Below are positions 18,808-27,936 of a DNA stretch of 34,570 nt, piece after piece. A program made the translations under genes and the position numbers. The notes under the pieces were generated by a model. It had not been told where the DNA came from and did not search any database. It was given only the letters and a program-made list of their open reading frames with translations. Source of the stretch: Marinoscillum sp. (GTDB lineage: Bacteria; Bacteroidota; Bacteroidia; Cytophagales; MED-G16); NCBI GenBank assembly GCA_038125345.1, contig JAYPDR010000004.1, forward strand, positions 1,688 to 36,257. The letters run 5' to 3'. Numbering within the stretch: position 1 is the stretch's first letter; every line of letters starts with the position of its first letter.

Positions 18808-19299
18808 ATGTTATCAAAAAAATCATTACTTATTTTTCAAGATTTTATGCCAAATAATATTTGTTTCGGCTGTGGAAAGAACACAAAAAATGGATTGCAC
18901 ATAAAAAGCTATTGGAATAATGATTTTGCTCAATGTGATTGGACACCAAAAAATATACACCAGGGCTGGCCAAAAATAATGAATGGAGGGATTATCGCTA
19001 CTATAATGGACTGTCATTGTATGGGAACAGCTATGGCTTATGCCCATAAAATGGAGAACAGAGCACTTGGAACCCATCCTGAATATAGATATGCAACAGG
19101 TTCTATCAAGGTGAGATATATATTACCAACTCCAAACAAAAAAGTATTATTGAGAGCCAAGATACTTTCTTATTCTGAAAAGAAAGTGACTTTAAAATGC
19201 GATTTGATTTCAAACAAAAAGGTAACAGCAACCGGAGAAGTGATTGCGTTTAGAGTTTTTGATAGCAGCAAAGAAAAAAGTAATTCTTTTAAAGTTTAG
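18808..19299 (+). CDS. PaaI/hotdog-fold thioesterase family protein
   Basis: N-terminal CFGCGKNTKNGLHI motif typical of PaaI-like thioesterases, about 160 aa. The start is uncertain: ATG 18808 or ATG 18847. Confidence 0.65.
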   Translation: MLSKKSLLIFQDFMPNNICFGCGKNTKNGLHIKSYWNNDFAQCDWTPKNIHQGWPKIMNGGIIATIMDCHCMGTAMAYAHKMENRALGTHPEYRYATGSIKVRYILPTPNKKVLLRAKILSYSEKKVTLKCDLISNKKVTATGEVIAFRVFDSSKEKSNSFKV

Positions 19300-20035
19300 T
19301 TTTTCCCGCAGCATAAATTAAACCTCCTAATAATATCTTCTTAAATCTCACATCCCGATATGTTTGTTCATCATGACCTAATCCTGTGTAAAAAGATCTA
19401 CCACCATCAAAGTTGTGGTACCAAGTTATTGGGTGATTATCTCCATTTTCTCCTCCTTTGTAGCTTTTTTCATCTAAGAATAAGAGTATGTTAATGTCTG
19501 GGTTAATATTTTTATAGTTATACCACTCATCCTTGATTGACCACTCTTTATCAAGGTGTGAGGTGCTAATATGATTGCTATTCTCAGTTTTTATTGTAGC
19601 TTTTTGTACTTCAGGATGGCTTTTAAAATAAGCACCCACTAATCTTCCATACCATTCCCAATCATATTCAGTGTCTGCAGCAGAATGAACACCAACAAAT
19701 CCACCGCCCTTTTGAATAAAATCTACGAGTAGCGTTTGCTCCTCTTCATCAAGAATATCAAGTGTGGTGCACAGAAACACTATAACGTCTGATTTCTCAT
19801 AGATTTCTTTTGTAATTAACTCTGATTTATTGGTATAAAAGACAGAAAAGTTATTTTCCACACTAAGCTCGTCTATTAATTTTTTTCCTTCTTTAATGGC
19901 GTTGTGATGTACAAAGCCTTTAGTTTCCGTCAAGATGATTACAGAAAAATCATTGTTATCAGTTTGTTTTTTCCACTCTATCTTTTTAATAAATGGTGAC
20001 CCTATAAATAAAAAAAACAATAATTTTAATGCCAT
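19289..20035 (-). CDS. ThuA-like domain protein (trehalose-utilisation family), probably exported
   Basis: HPITWYHNFDGGRSFYTGLGH and GGGFVGVHSAADT match ThuA-family motifs. Hydrophobic N-terminus MALKLLFFLFIGSPFI. Confidence 0.75.
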   Translation of the reverse strand: MALKLLFFLFIGSPFIKKIEWKKQTDNNDFSVIILTETKGFVHHNAIKEGKKLIDELSVENNFSVFYTNKSELITKEIYEKSDVIVFLCTTLDILDEEEQTLLVDFIQKGGGFVGVHSAADTEYDWEWYGRLVGAYFKSHPEVQKATIKTENSNHISTSHLDKEWSIKDEWYNYKNINPDINILLFLDEKSYKGGENGDNHPITWYHNFDGGRSFYTGLGHDEQTYRDVRFKKILLGGLIYAAGKTKL

Positions 20036-20942
20036 GTATAATATTAATAACTTAAATATAGTAAAATATATCCCAGCGCTGATTTTCTTAATCGTATCGT
20101 GTGTTGATTACCAAACTATTCCTCAAGAGCATGAAGAGTGGAAATTAAAAAGAAAAAACGCGTTATTTGCTGATGATGGGTATCTTAATCTTGCCGGATT
20201 GTATCCTATTCAAAACGGCAGATATACAATAGGATCCTTATCAGATAAAGATATTCATATCCCTTCAGACCTTTCAGAAAACCTTGGAGAAGTTCTTGTA
20301 TATGACTCAATTATAACATTCACATTTAATGAAAACGTTTTGCTAAATGATTCTTTAGAAATAAGAGAGATAACCTACAACCATATAAAGAATAAGTTTT
20401 CATTTTCTTTAGGAAGCTTCATATGGTTTATTCATTTTGATTCTGGAGTTAAGGCAATTAGATTAAGAAATTTAAATCACCCGTTATTAGGAAAAGATTT
20501 AAAAATAGATTTTTTTGATTATTCTAAAAAACATGTAATAAAAGGGAGATTTGAAGAGTATAATAATCCAAAAATTGTTCGATTAAATAATATTCAAGGT
20601 GGAGGGTTTGTAGATACAATACCCGGAAAAATTCTTTTTAAAATAAATGGAAAAGACTTTTCGTTAGAGCCAACCATTGCGGCTTCAGGGAAGTTTTTTG
20701 TTGTTTTTGGGGATAAAACCAATGGAAGAGAAACTTATGGAGGGGGGCGTTTTTTATATATTCTTCCGCCAGATGAAGAAGGTAATGTAGTTATAGATTT
20801 CAATAAATCTTATAATCCGCCTTGTGTTTTTTCTACTTTTACAACTTGTCCAGTTCCATCAGAAACAAACAAATTAAACATAAAAATTGAGTCAGGAGAA
20901 AAAAATTATAATGGAATTTTATATAGTAGCGCATATCAATAA
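20034..20942 (+). CDS. DUF1684 family lipoprotein
   Basis: I use ATG 20034 (MYNINNLNIVKYIPALIFLIVSC lipobox) rather than the track's 19935, which runs inside ThuA. ETYGGGRFLY and YNPPCVFSTFTTCPVP...GEK are DUF1684 hallmarks. Confidence 0.7.
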   Translation: MYNINNLNIVKYIPALIFLIVSCVDYQTIPQEHEEWKLKRKNALFADDGYLNLAGLYPIQNGRYTIGSLSDKDIHIPSDLSENLGEVLVYDSIITFTFNENVLLNDSLEIREITYNHIKNKFSFSLGSFIWFIHFDSGVKAIRLRNLNHPLLGKDLKIDFFDYSKKHVIKGRFEEYNNPKIVRLNNIQGGGFVDTIPGKILFKINGKDFSLEPTIAASGKFFVVFGDKTNGRETYGGGRFLYILPPDEEGNVVIDFNKSYNPPCVFSTFTTCPVPSETNKLNIKIESGEKNYNGILYSSAYQ

Positions 20943-20961
20943 ATTTCTTTAAATTAATAAA

Positions 20962-21894
20962 ATGAAAAGACGACAATTTATCCAAAAATCAGTTTATACT
21001 CTTCCGTTATTATCTACCGCCAGTTTGTTTAGTTGTGAACAATTAAGCTTTAGAATGGGAGTTGCTCAATGGTCATTCCATAAATCTATAAGATCAGGAA
21101 AAATGAATAATCTAGATTTTGCTATTACGGCAAAAGAAAAGTTTAATATTGACGTGGTTGAGTATGTTAATCAATTTTTTTCTGATAAAGCAAAAGACAA
21201 AAATTATTTAAGTCAAATGAAAAAAAGGTCTGATGATTTTGGGGTTACCAATTTATTAATAATGATTGATGATGAAGGTAGCCTTGGTGACTCAGATAAG
21301 GCTAAAAGAAATATAGCGGTAGAGAACCATAAAAAATGGGTAGAAGCAGCTCAGTATTTGGGATGCACTAGTATCAGAGTTAACGCACAAGGAAGTTCAA
21401 CTGAGGAGGAGGTGTCTAAGTATGTTTCAGAGTCTTTAAATTCTCTCGGAGCTTTTTCTAAAGACTTTGGAGTAGATGTCATTGTAGAAAATCACGGCGG
21501 TTATTCATCTAATGCTCAGTGGCTTGTTAATGTAATAAAAAATGCAAACAGTGATAATGTAGGAACACTCCCTGATTTTGGGAATTTTTGTATTCAGTCC
21601 AGACCTGATAACTTGTCATCTTGGGGGGCACTTGAAGGGTGTTCCAAGGAATATGATAAGTACAAAGGTGTTGAAGAGCTCCTTCCATATGCAAGAAGTG
21701 TTAGCGCTAAGTCACTAAATTTTGACGTGGATGGTAATTGTGTAGAAATAGATTTTTATAAAATGATGAAAGTAATCAAGGGCTATGGATATAATGGATA
21801 CATATCTATAGAGTATGAGGGCTCTAGCCATTCTGAAGAAGATGGTGTAAGATTAACAAAAGAATTATTGCTTAAATCTTGGGCTCAGGCTTAG
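20962..21894 (+). CDS. Tat-exported xylose-isomerase-like TIM-barrel protein (sugar phosphate isomerase/epimerase family)
   Basis: Twin-arginine signal MKRRQFIQKS, VENHGG metal-site motif, 310 aa. Confidence 0.75.
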   Translation: MKRRQFIQKSVYTLPLLSTASLFSCEQLSFRMGVAQWSFHKSIRSGKMNNLDFAITAKEKFNIDVVEYVNQFFSDKAKDKNYLSQMKKRSDDFGVTNLLIMIDDEGSLGDSDKAKRNIAVENHKKWVEAAQYLGCTSIRVNAQGSSTEEEVSKYVSESLNSLGAFSKDFGVDVIVENHGGYSSNAQWLVNVIKNANSDNVGTLPDFGNFCIQSRPDNLSSWGALEGCSKEYDKYKGVEELLPYARSVSAKSLNFDVDGNCVEIDFYKMMKVIKGYGYNGYISIEYEGSSHSEEDGVRLTKELLLKSWAQA

Positions 21895-22768
21895 TTTTTT
21901 TTCCACTTATATAGACCCCAAATAATATTAACGACATGCCAAAAAACTGGAGAGATCCGATTAGTTCTCCATCAAGTAAACCAAAAATAATTGCAACTAC
22001 TGGCATTAAGTATGTAACTGTTGAGGCAAATATTGTGTCTTTTATTTTAATAAGATTATAAAAAATTAAGGTAGCTATAGATGTGCCAATTATGCCCAAA
22101 ACAAAAACATAGCCAAACTCAAATTTATAGCTAGATAAATCATTAAGATGTGAGCTAAAAGGAGTCAAGTAAAATAATATGTAGATAGTAATAGGAAGAA
22201 TAGAAACTATTGAAAAGCTTGTAATAGTAATCGGGTTTAGATGATTCAAATGATATTTTACAAGATTTAAGTTAATTCCATACAGTAACGTTGCAGCAAC
22301 AACAAAAAGACCATATAAATCTATGTTAAATCCATTTGCCTTCTGAGAATATAATATGAGAAAGGCAGTGCCAATAAATCCAATTAATAATCCTAATAAA
22401 TTTTGTTTGGTGGCTTTCAACTTATAAAAAGAAACCCCAATAATCAAAGCAAAAAAAGGAGTAAGTGATGTTAATACTCCTGATGTAGCACTATCAATTT
22501 TTGTTTGTGCAATAGGATATAAAAAGTATGGTAGAACATTTCCCACTACCCCAGATAGAAATAGTATAAGATAGTCTTTTTTTTGAATTTCTTTTAAATT
22601 CTTTGCAAGCAACGGAAATAAAACAAGAGAAGCCAGAGTTAGCCTGAGAGATCCAATTTCAAATGGGTCAAGTTTAATTAAAGCTTTCTTAATTAGTATA
22701 GGTGAGCTTCCCCAGATAACTGCTAAAAGTAGTAAAAGAGCCCAAGCATATAAATTTTTATTTTTCAT
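21872..22768 (-). CDS. EamA/DMT family transporter
   Basis: About 10 hydrophobic helices in two EamA-like halves. N-terminus LLLLAVIWGSSPILIKKAL is typical of the family. Confidence 0.8.
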   Translation of the reverse strand: MKNKNLYAWALLLLLAVIWGSSPILIKKALIKLDPFEIGSLRLTLASLVLFPLLAKNLKEIQKKDYLILFLSGVVGNVLPYFLYPIAQTKIDSATSGVLTSLTPFFALIIGVSFYKLKATKQNLLGLLIGFIGTAFLILYSQKANGFNIDLYGLFVVAATLLYGINLNLVKYHLNHLNPITITSFSIVSILPITIYILFYLTPFSSHLNDLSSYKFEFGYVFVLGIIGTSIATLIFYNLIKIKDTIFASTVTYLMPVVAIIFGLLDGELIGSLQFFGMSLILFGVYISGKKTKPEPKI

Positions 22769-23763
22769 TCAGCAAGCTTTAAACTCTTAAGTGAAAACTT
22801 TTCATTGATTTCATCAAGAACTTCAAGTGAGTGTTTTAACGATTCACTAAGAATAAGTTTCATTCTATACTGTTTAAAATTTTCTATAGACCTAAAATAA
22901 TTTGTATAATGCCTTCTCATTTCAATTAAACCTAATTTTTCACCTTTCCATTTTATAGAAAAATCTAGATGTTTTTTAACAGTCTGAACTCTTTCATTAA
23001 TTGTAGGGAAAGCATCAGTTTTTTTATTGCCAAAGTAGGATTTTATCTGATTAAACACCCAAGGATTACCAATTGCTGCTCTTCCAATCATGATTCCATC
23101 AACCCCATATTTATCTTTAAATTCTTTTGCCTTTTCTGGAGAGTCAACGTCTCCATTTCCAAAAATTGGTATATGTATTCTAGGATTATTTTTTACTTGT
23201 GCGATATAGCTCCAGTCAGCAGACCCTTTGTACATCTGTTTTCTTGTTCTGCCATGAATAGTTAAAGCTTGTATTCCTACATCTTGCAACCTCTCTGCAA
23301 CCTCTACAATTCTTATTGAGTTTTCATCCCAACCTAATCTTGTTTTTACAGTCACAGGAATATTAACTTGCTTTACAATTTCTGCTGTCATTTTTTGCAT
23401 CTTATCAAGGTCTAATAAAATTCCAGCACCAGCACCTCTACACGCAACTTTTTTAACTGGGCAGCCATAGTTTATATCTAAAATTTCAGGTCCAGCTTGT
23501 TCTGAAATTTGTGCAGCTTTTTTCATGGATTCGATATTATCTCCAAAAATTTGAATTCCTATTGGTCTCTCAGAATCATAAATATCAAGCTTTTGAACAC
23601 TTTTCTCTGCATCTCTAATCAGTCCCTCCGAGGAAATAAATTCAGTATACATTAGATCAGCTCCATTTAGTTTACAAACGGATCTAAATGGGGGATCGCT
23701 GACATCTTCCATTGGGGCAAGTAATAAAGGGAATTCACCAAGATCAATATTGCCTATCTTCAT
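22765..23763 (-). CDS. dusB: tRNA-dihydrouridine synthase
   Basis: LAPMEDVSDPPFR, DINYGCPVKKV (catalytic Cys) and TIHGRTR. Start placed at ATG 23763 (MKIGNIDLG...). The track's 19-codon extension has no homology-like content. Confidence 0.9.
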   Translation of the reverse strand: MKIGNIDLGEFPLLLAPMEDVSDPPFRSVCKLNGADLMYTEFISSEGLIRDAEKSVQKLDIYDSERPIGIQIFGDNIESMKKAAQISEQAGPEILDINYGCPVKKVACRGAGAGILLDLDKMQKMTAEIVKQVNIPVTVKTRLGWDENSIRIVEVAERLQDVGIQALTIHGRTRKQMYKGSADWSYIAQVKNNPRIHIPIFGNGDVDSPEKAKEFKDKYGVDGIMIGRAAIGNPWVFNQIKSYFGNKKTDAFPTINERVQTVKKHLDFSIKWKGEKLGLIEMRRHYTNYFRSIENFKQYRMKLILSESLKHSLEVLDEINEKFSLKSLKLAE

Positions 23764-23808
23764 AAAAAGAACTATTTTAACATCTAAATAATTCACAAAG
23801 AAACTTAA

Positions 23809-24660
23809 ATGAGCAAACACATAAAAGAATTAATGTATATTATTCTTGCTGTCTCTCCTCTATTAATAATGAGTTTAGTGTCTAATGTAATTGAAACGCC
23901 TTCAGAAGTTTCTTATGATGGGCTAGATAGACAATTGCTTTTATTCTCAAACTCACTTTTTTTACTTTTTTTTCTAGTTCCATACTTTTTTATTAGAAAT
24001 AAAAAAGAGTATTCCATGAATCTTTCACTTATTAGGGGTTACCCTATTTTTTTACTTATTCTTACTACAATTTTATTTATAGTCATTAATGCTCCTATTA
24101 TAGAGTGGAATAAATCAATATCTTTTCCAGGTTTTCTATCTTCTTTTGAATCATGGGCTTTATTGAAAGAAAAGCAGTTAGAGTCACTAACAGAGTATCT
24201 TGTTTCTTTCGAAAGCAATTACGAATTTGTAGTTGGAATACTAACAATTGCAATTATACCTGGTTTCTGTGAAGAATATTTTTTTCGAGGAGTCTTACAA
24301 AAAAACCTTCAACTTATTTTAAAAAACCCCCATATTGCTATATTTATAAGCGCATTTCTCTTTAGCGCTTTCCATTTACAGTTCTATGGGTTTTTTCCAA
24401 GATTTTTTCTTGGGTTATTATTTGGTTACTTTTTCTATTGGTCAAATAGCTTAATTTATCCAGTTATTGCCCACGCATTAAATAATTTTTTGAGCTTATC
24501 AACATATTATTTTGCCAAAAAAGGATTGTTTGGAGATAGTATAAATTTTTCAATTAATTCATCACCGGATATTCCTGTTTTTTTAATATTATTCTCATTT
24601 ATAGTTTTTTTATATCTTATATCAAATCTAAAAAAACAATTAAACTCACTTAATGAATAA
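23809..24660 (+). CDS. CPBP family intramembrane glutamic endopeptidase (CAAX protease-like)
   Basis: EEYFFRGVLQ, FSAFH and HALNN motifs in a polytopic membrane protein. Confidence 0.85.
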   Translation: MSKHIKELMYIILAVSPLLIMSLVSNVIETPSEVSYDGLDRQLLLFSNSLFLLFFLVPYFFIRNKKEYSMNLSLIRGYPIFLLILTTILFIVINAPIIEWNKSISFPGFLSSFESWALLKEKQLESLTEYLVSFESNYEFVVGILTIAIIPGFCEEYFFRGVLQKNLQLILKNPHIAIFISAFLFSAFHLQFYGFFPRFFLGLLFGYFFYWSNSLIYPVIAHALNNFLSLSTYYFAKKGLFGDSINFSINSSPDIPVFLILFSFIVFLYLISNLKKQLNSLNE

Positions 24661-25480
24661 AAAAAATCTAAAAAGAAGAATCCTAACCGGAATGTTAGGA
24701 GGCACGTTGTTGCTTCTCTCATCTCTTCATGAGGCATCTTATCTAATAGTATTTGTATTAATTATATTTCTTTCGTCTAGAGAATATTATAAAATTTTAT
24801 CTGAGAATAGATTTAGACCTAATTACAATTTAGGAGTATTTCTTTCCGTAATAATATTTATAACCACATATTATTATGCAAGACAAGATAGTCTCTTAGG
24901 AATTCATTTTGTTCTAATACCTATCCTCCCCTTGGTTTGTCTTTCAGCCTTGTATAGTTCGGATAACAAAGAAACTTTGTCCAACGTTTCCGTTACCTTT
25001 TTTGGAATAGTTTATATATCTCTTCCAATTTCATTATTGAACTTTCTGGTTTTTTATGATTACGGATACAATTCTATTTATCTACTTGCTACCCTATTAT
25101 TTCTTTGGACAAGTGAATCTGCCGCATATATGGGTGGATCTCTTTTTGGAAGAAAGAAGCTTTTTGAGTCGGTGTCTCCTATGAAAACATGGGAGGGTGT
25201 TCTTTTTGGTCTATTTGCTAATTTAGCATTAGCGTATATTTTACATGAGTATGTTTGGGAACATAAGACTTTGATATTTTGGATTTTATTTTCAATCGTT
25301 GTTTTAATTTCAGGCATTTTTGGGGATCTTTTTGAATCTTTATTAAAAAGAAATTTCAACTTAAAAGATAGTGGAAACAAACTACCAGGCCATGGAGGAT
25401 TCTTAGATAGGTTTGATAGCTTCTTTTTTGTAATACCTTATGTTTATTTTTATCTAAAAATTATTTACCAGCTGACTTAA
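24653..25480 (+). CDS. cdsA: Phosphatidate cytidylyltransferase
   Basis: Signature SGIFGDLFESLLKRNFNLKDSGNKLPGHGGFLDRFDS. Polytopic membrane protein. 8-nt overlap with the CPBP gene. Confidence 0.9.
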   Translation: MNKKNLKRRILTGMLGGTLLLLSSLHEASYLIVFVLIIFLSSREYYKILSENRFRPNYNLGVFLSVIIFITTYYYARQDSLLGIHFVLIPILPLVCLSALYSSDNKETLSNVSVTFFGIVYISLPISLLNFLVFYDYGYNSIYLLATLLFLWTSESAAYMGGSLFGRKKLFESVSPMKTWEGVLFGLFANLALAYILHEYVWEHKTLIFWILFSIVVLISGIFGDLFESLLKRNFNLKDSGNKLPGHGGFLDRFDSFFFVIPYVYFYLKIIYQLT

Positions 25481-25516
25481 AATTGTAAATTTGCATTATC
25501 AAACTCAAAATGAGAT

Positions 25517-26809
25517 ATGAGTTATAAAGAACCAGCTCCTATCATGCACGACAAAGACCCTCTTGAGTCTATGATGAAGAGGTTTGATGTTGCTGCTGAA
25601 TATTTAAATCTTGACCAAGAAGTTTATAATGTATTAAAGTCATCAGAAAGAAAAGTCATAGTCTCTTTGCCAATTTCTATGGATGATGGATCTGTATCAG
25701 TTTTTGAAGGCTATCGAGTTATTCACTCAAAAATACTTGGACCTTCAAAAGGAGGAATTCGATTTGATATTAATGTTAATTTGAATGAGGTAACCGCATT
25801 GGCTGCTTGGATGACTTGGAAATGTGCTGTTGTTGATATTCCTTATGGAGGTGCAAAGGGAGGTATTAAATGTGATCCAAAAAAGATGAGCACTTCCGAG
25901 CTGGAGAGATTAACAAGAGCTTATACACAGTCAATGTTAGATATTTTTGGCCCTGATAAAGACATACCCGCACCTGACATGGGAACAGGACCAGATCAGA
26001 TGGCTTGGTTAATGGATGAATATTCTAGATCAAAAGGAAACACTGTTAATGCTGTTGTTACTGGTAAGCCGATAATATTAGGAGGATCTTTAGGGAGAAT
26101 TGAGGCTACAGGAAGAGGGGTAATGGTCTCAACTTTAGCTGCCCTTACTAAGATGAAAATAAACCCTTTTAATGCTACGGTTGCTGTGCAGGGATTTGGA
26201 AATGTTGGTTCATGGGCAGCTCAATTATTGAAAGAAAGGGGATGTACTGTTGTAGCAATATCTGATATATCGGGGGGTTACTATAATGAAAAAGGAATTG
26301 ATATTGGTAAAGCGATAACTTATAAAAATGAAAACAATGGTATTCTTGAGGGATTTAAAGGTGGTAAAAAAATAACAAATGAAGAGCTTTTAGTTTTAGA
26401 TGTTGATGTTATAATTCCAGCTGCAATGGAGAACACAATTACTGAGAAAAACGCTGATAAAATTAAAGCTAAACTTATTGTTGAGGGAGCTAATGGCCCC
26501 ACTTCTTATGAGGCAGATCCAATTTTAGCTAGAAAGGGAATAGTTGCCGTTCCTGACATTTTAGCAAATGCAGGTGGTGTTATTGTTTCTTATTTTGAGT
26601 GGGTTCAAAATAGACTAGGATTCAAGTGGACTCTTAATAGGGTATATAGAAGAAGTGACGCAATAATAAAAGAAGCATTTAATAATGTTTATTCTATTTC
26701 AAAAAAATATAAAATCTCTTTAAGGGAAGCAGCTTATATTGCAGCAATTGATAAGGTTGCAAAAACTTACAAGTACAGAAACGGATCATTTACTTTTCAA
26801 AAAAAATGA
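25517..26809 (+). CDS. gdhA: Glutamate dehydrogenase (Glu/Leu/Phe/Val dehydrogenase family)
   Basis: GPSKGGIRF, PYGGAKGGIKCDP (catalytic Lys region) and Rossmann motif VQGFGNVGS. Size is 430 aa. Confidence 0.95.
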   Translation: MSYKEPAPIMHDKDPLESMMKRFDVAAEYLNLDQEVYNVLKSSERKVIVSLPISMDDGSVSVFEGYRVIHSKILGPSKGGIRFDINVNLNEVTALAAWMTWKCAVVDIPYGGAKGGIKCDPKKMSTSELERLTRAYTQSMLDIFGPDKDIPAPDMGTGPDQMAWLMDEYSRSKGNTVNAVVTGKPIILGGSLGRIEATGRGVMVSTLAALTKMKINPFNATVAVQGFGNVGSWAAQLLKERGCTVVAISDISGGYYNEKGIDIGKAITYKNENNGILEGFKGGKKITNEELLVLDVDVIIPAAMENTITEKNADKIKAKLIVEGANGPTSYEADPILARKGIVAVPDILANAGGVIVSYFEWVQNRLGFKWTLNRVYRRSDAIIKEAFNNVYSISKKYKISLREAAYIAAIDKVAKTYKYRNGSFTFQKK

Positions 26810-27462
26810 TAAGAATTCATAAAGAAGGAAGAACTTTTTTGTTGCTTTTGTTCTTTTTATTAACATCTGTTAATATCAGTTTATTCATGTTATATCCGTT
26901 TTCAAAATTATATATTTTGTCTTCTTTAATTTCTCTTGTTTTTTTTAGCTTTTTCCTTCAGTTTTTTAGGAACCCAATAATAAATAAAACCATAGGGGAT
27001 GATATTGTTGTTTCGCCAGCAAATGGTAAAGTTGTTTATGTAGGAGAGGTTTTTGAGCCAGAATATTTTCAAGACAAAAGACTTCAGATTTCTATCTTTA
27101 TGTCTCCTTTTGATGTTCATATCAACAGAAATCCAGTTTCAGGAATAATTAAATATTATAAATACCATAAAGGAAAATATTTAGTGGCATGGCACCCAAA
27201 ATCTAGCACAAAAAATGAGAGAACTACCACAGTAATTGAAAATAAAAAAGCAACAGTTTTAATTAGACAAATTGCTGGCTTTGTGGCTAGAAGAGTTATT
27301 AATTATTCTAAAGTTGGAAGTTCTGTTAAACAATCTGACCAATTAGGTTTTATTAAGTTTGGGTCTAGAGCAGATCTATTTCTGCCATTAAACTTTAAGC
27401 CCTCAATTTCTATAAATCAAAAAACCATTGCTGGAGAAACTGTTATTGGCAAGTTAGGATAA
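26806..27462 (+). CDS. psd: Phosphatidylserine decarboxylase family protein (short type)
   Basis: N-terminal TM segment, then the self-cleavage-type motif GFIKFGSRADLFLP. ATGA overlap with gdh. Confidence 0.85.
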   Translation: MIRIHKEGRTFLLLLFFLLTSVNISLFMLYPFSKLYILSSLISLVFFSFFLQFFRNPIINKTIGDDIVVSPANGKVVYVGEVFEPEYFQDKRLQISIFMSPFDVHINRNPVSGIIKYYKYHKGKYLVAWHPKSSTKNERTTTVIENKKATVLIRQIAGFVARRVINYSKVGSSVKQSDQLGFIKFGSRADLFLPLNFKPSISINQKTIAGETVIGKLG

Positions 27463-27936
27463 TTTATTCTCTATCAGTCTAACTATTTTATTTAAATACT
27501 TTTCATCCAATTTGCTAAATGAATTAAGCTCTTTGCTATCAATATCTAAAACACCAAAAACATTTCCCTTATTAAAAATTGGAATAACAATTTCAGATCG
27601 AGAATCCGAACTACATGCTATATGCCCTGGAAACTTATCAACATCGGGCACTATAATTGTTTTTTGAGACTCCCAAGATTTACCACATACACCATCACCT
27701 TTTTTAATTTGGAAACAAGCAACTGGGCCCTGGAATGGCCCTAAAACTAATACATTTTTTTTTACAATATAGAAGCCAACCCAAAGCCAATTAAATGTTT
27801 GAGCAATAGCCGCTGAGGTGTTTGATAATATAGCAACAATATCTTCCTCTTTTTTTATAAGATTAGTTATTTGTGATATTAAATTAATATATTTTTTTTC
27901 TTTATTGTTTTCTTTTGGTTGAATAAAATCATGCAT
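27454..27936 (-). CDS. msrC: GAF-domain protein, free methionine-(R)-sulfoxide reductase-like
   Basis: GDGVCGKSW and FPGHIACSSDSRSEIVIPI match the fRMsr/YebR active-site Cys motifs. Size is 160 aa. Confidence 0.8.
   Translation of the reverse strand: MHDFIQPKENNKEKKYINLISQITNLIKKEEDIVAILSNTSAAIAQTFNWLWVGFYIVKKNVLVLGPFQGPVACFQIKKGDGVCGKSWESQKTIIVPDVDKFPGHIACSSDSRSEIVIPIFNKGNVFGVLDIDSKELNSFSKLDEKYLNKIVRLIENKLS

Noticed and set aside
19935-20033. N-terminal extensions of three track ORFs: 19935-20033 for DUF1684, 23764-23820 for dusB and 28796-28966 for prmC.
   Set aside because: The extensions run through the neighbouring divergent gene on the other strand and encode junk-like peptides. Internal ATGs give N-termini that match family expectations: a lipobox, MKIGNIDLG...LAPMEDV, and MDSKLIYSEL.
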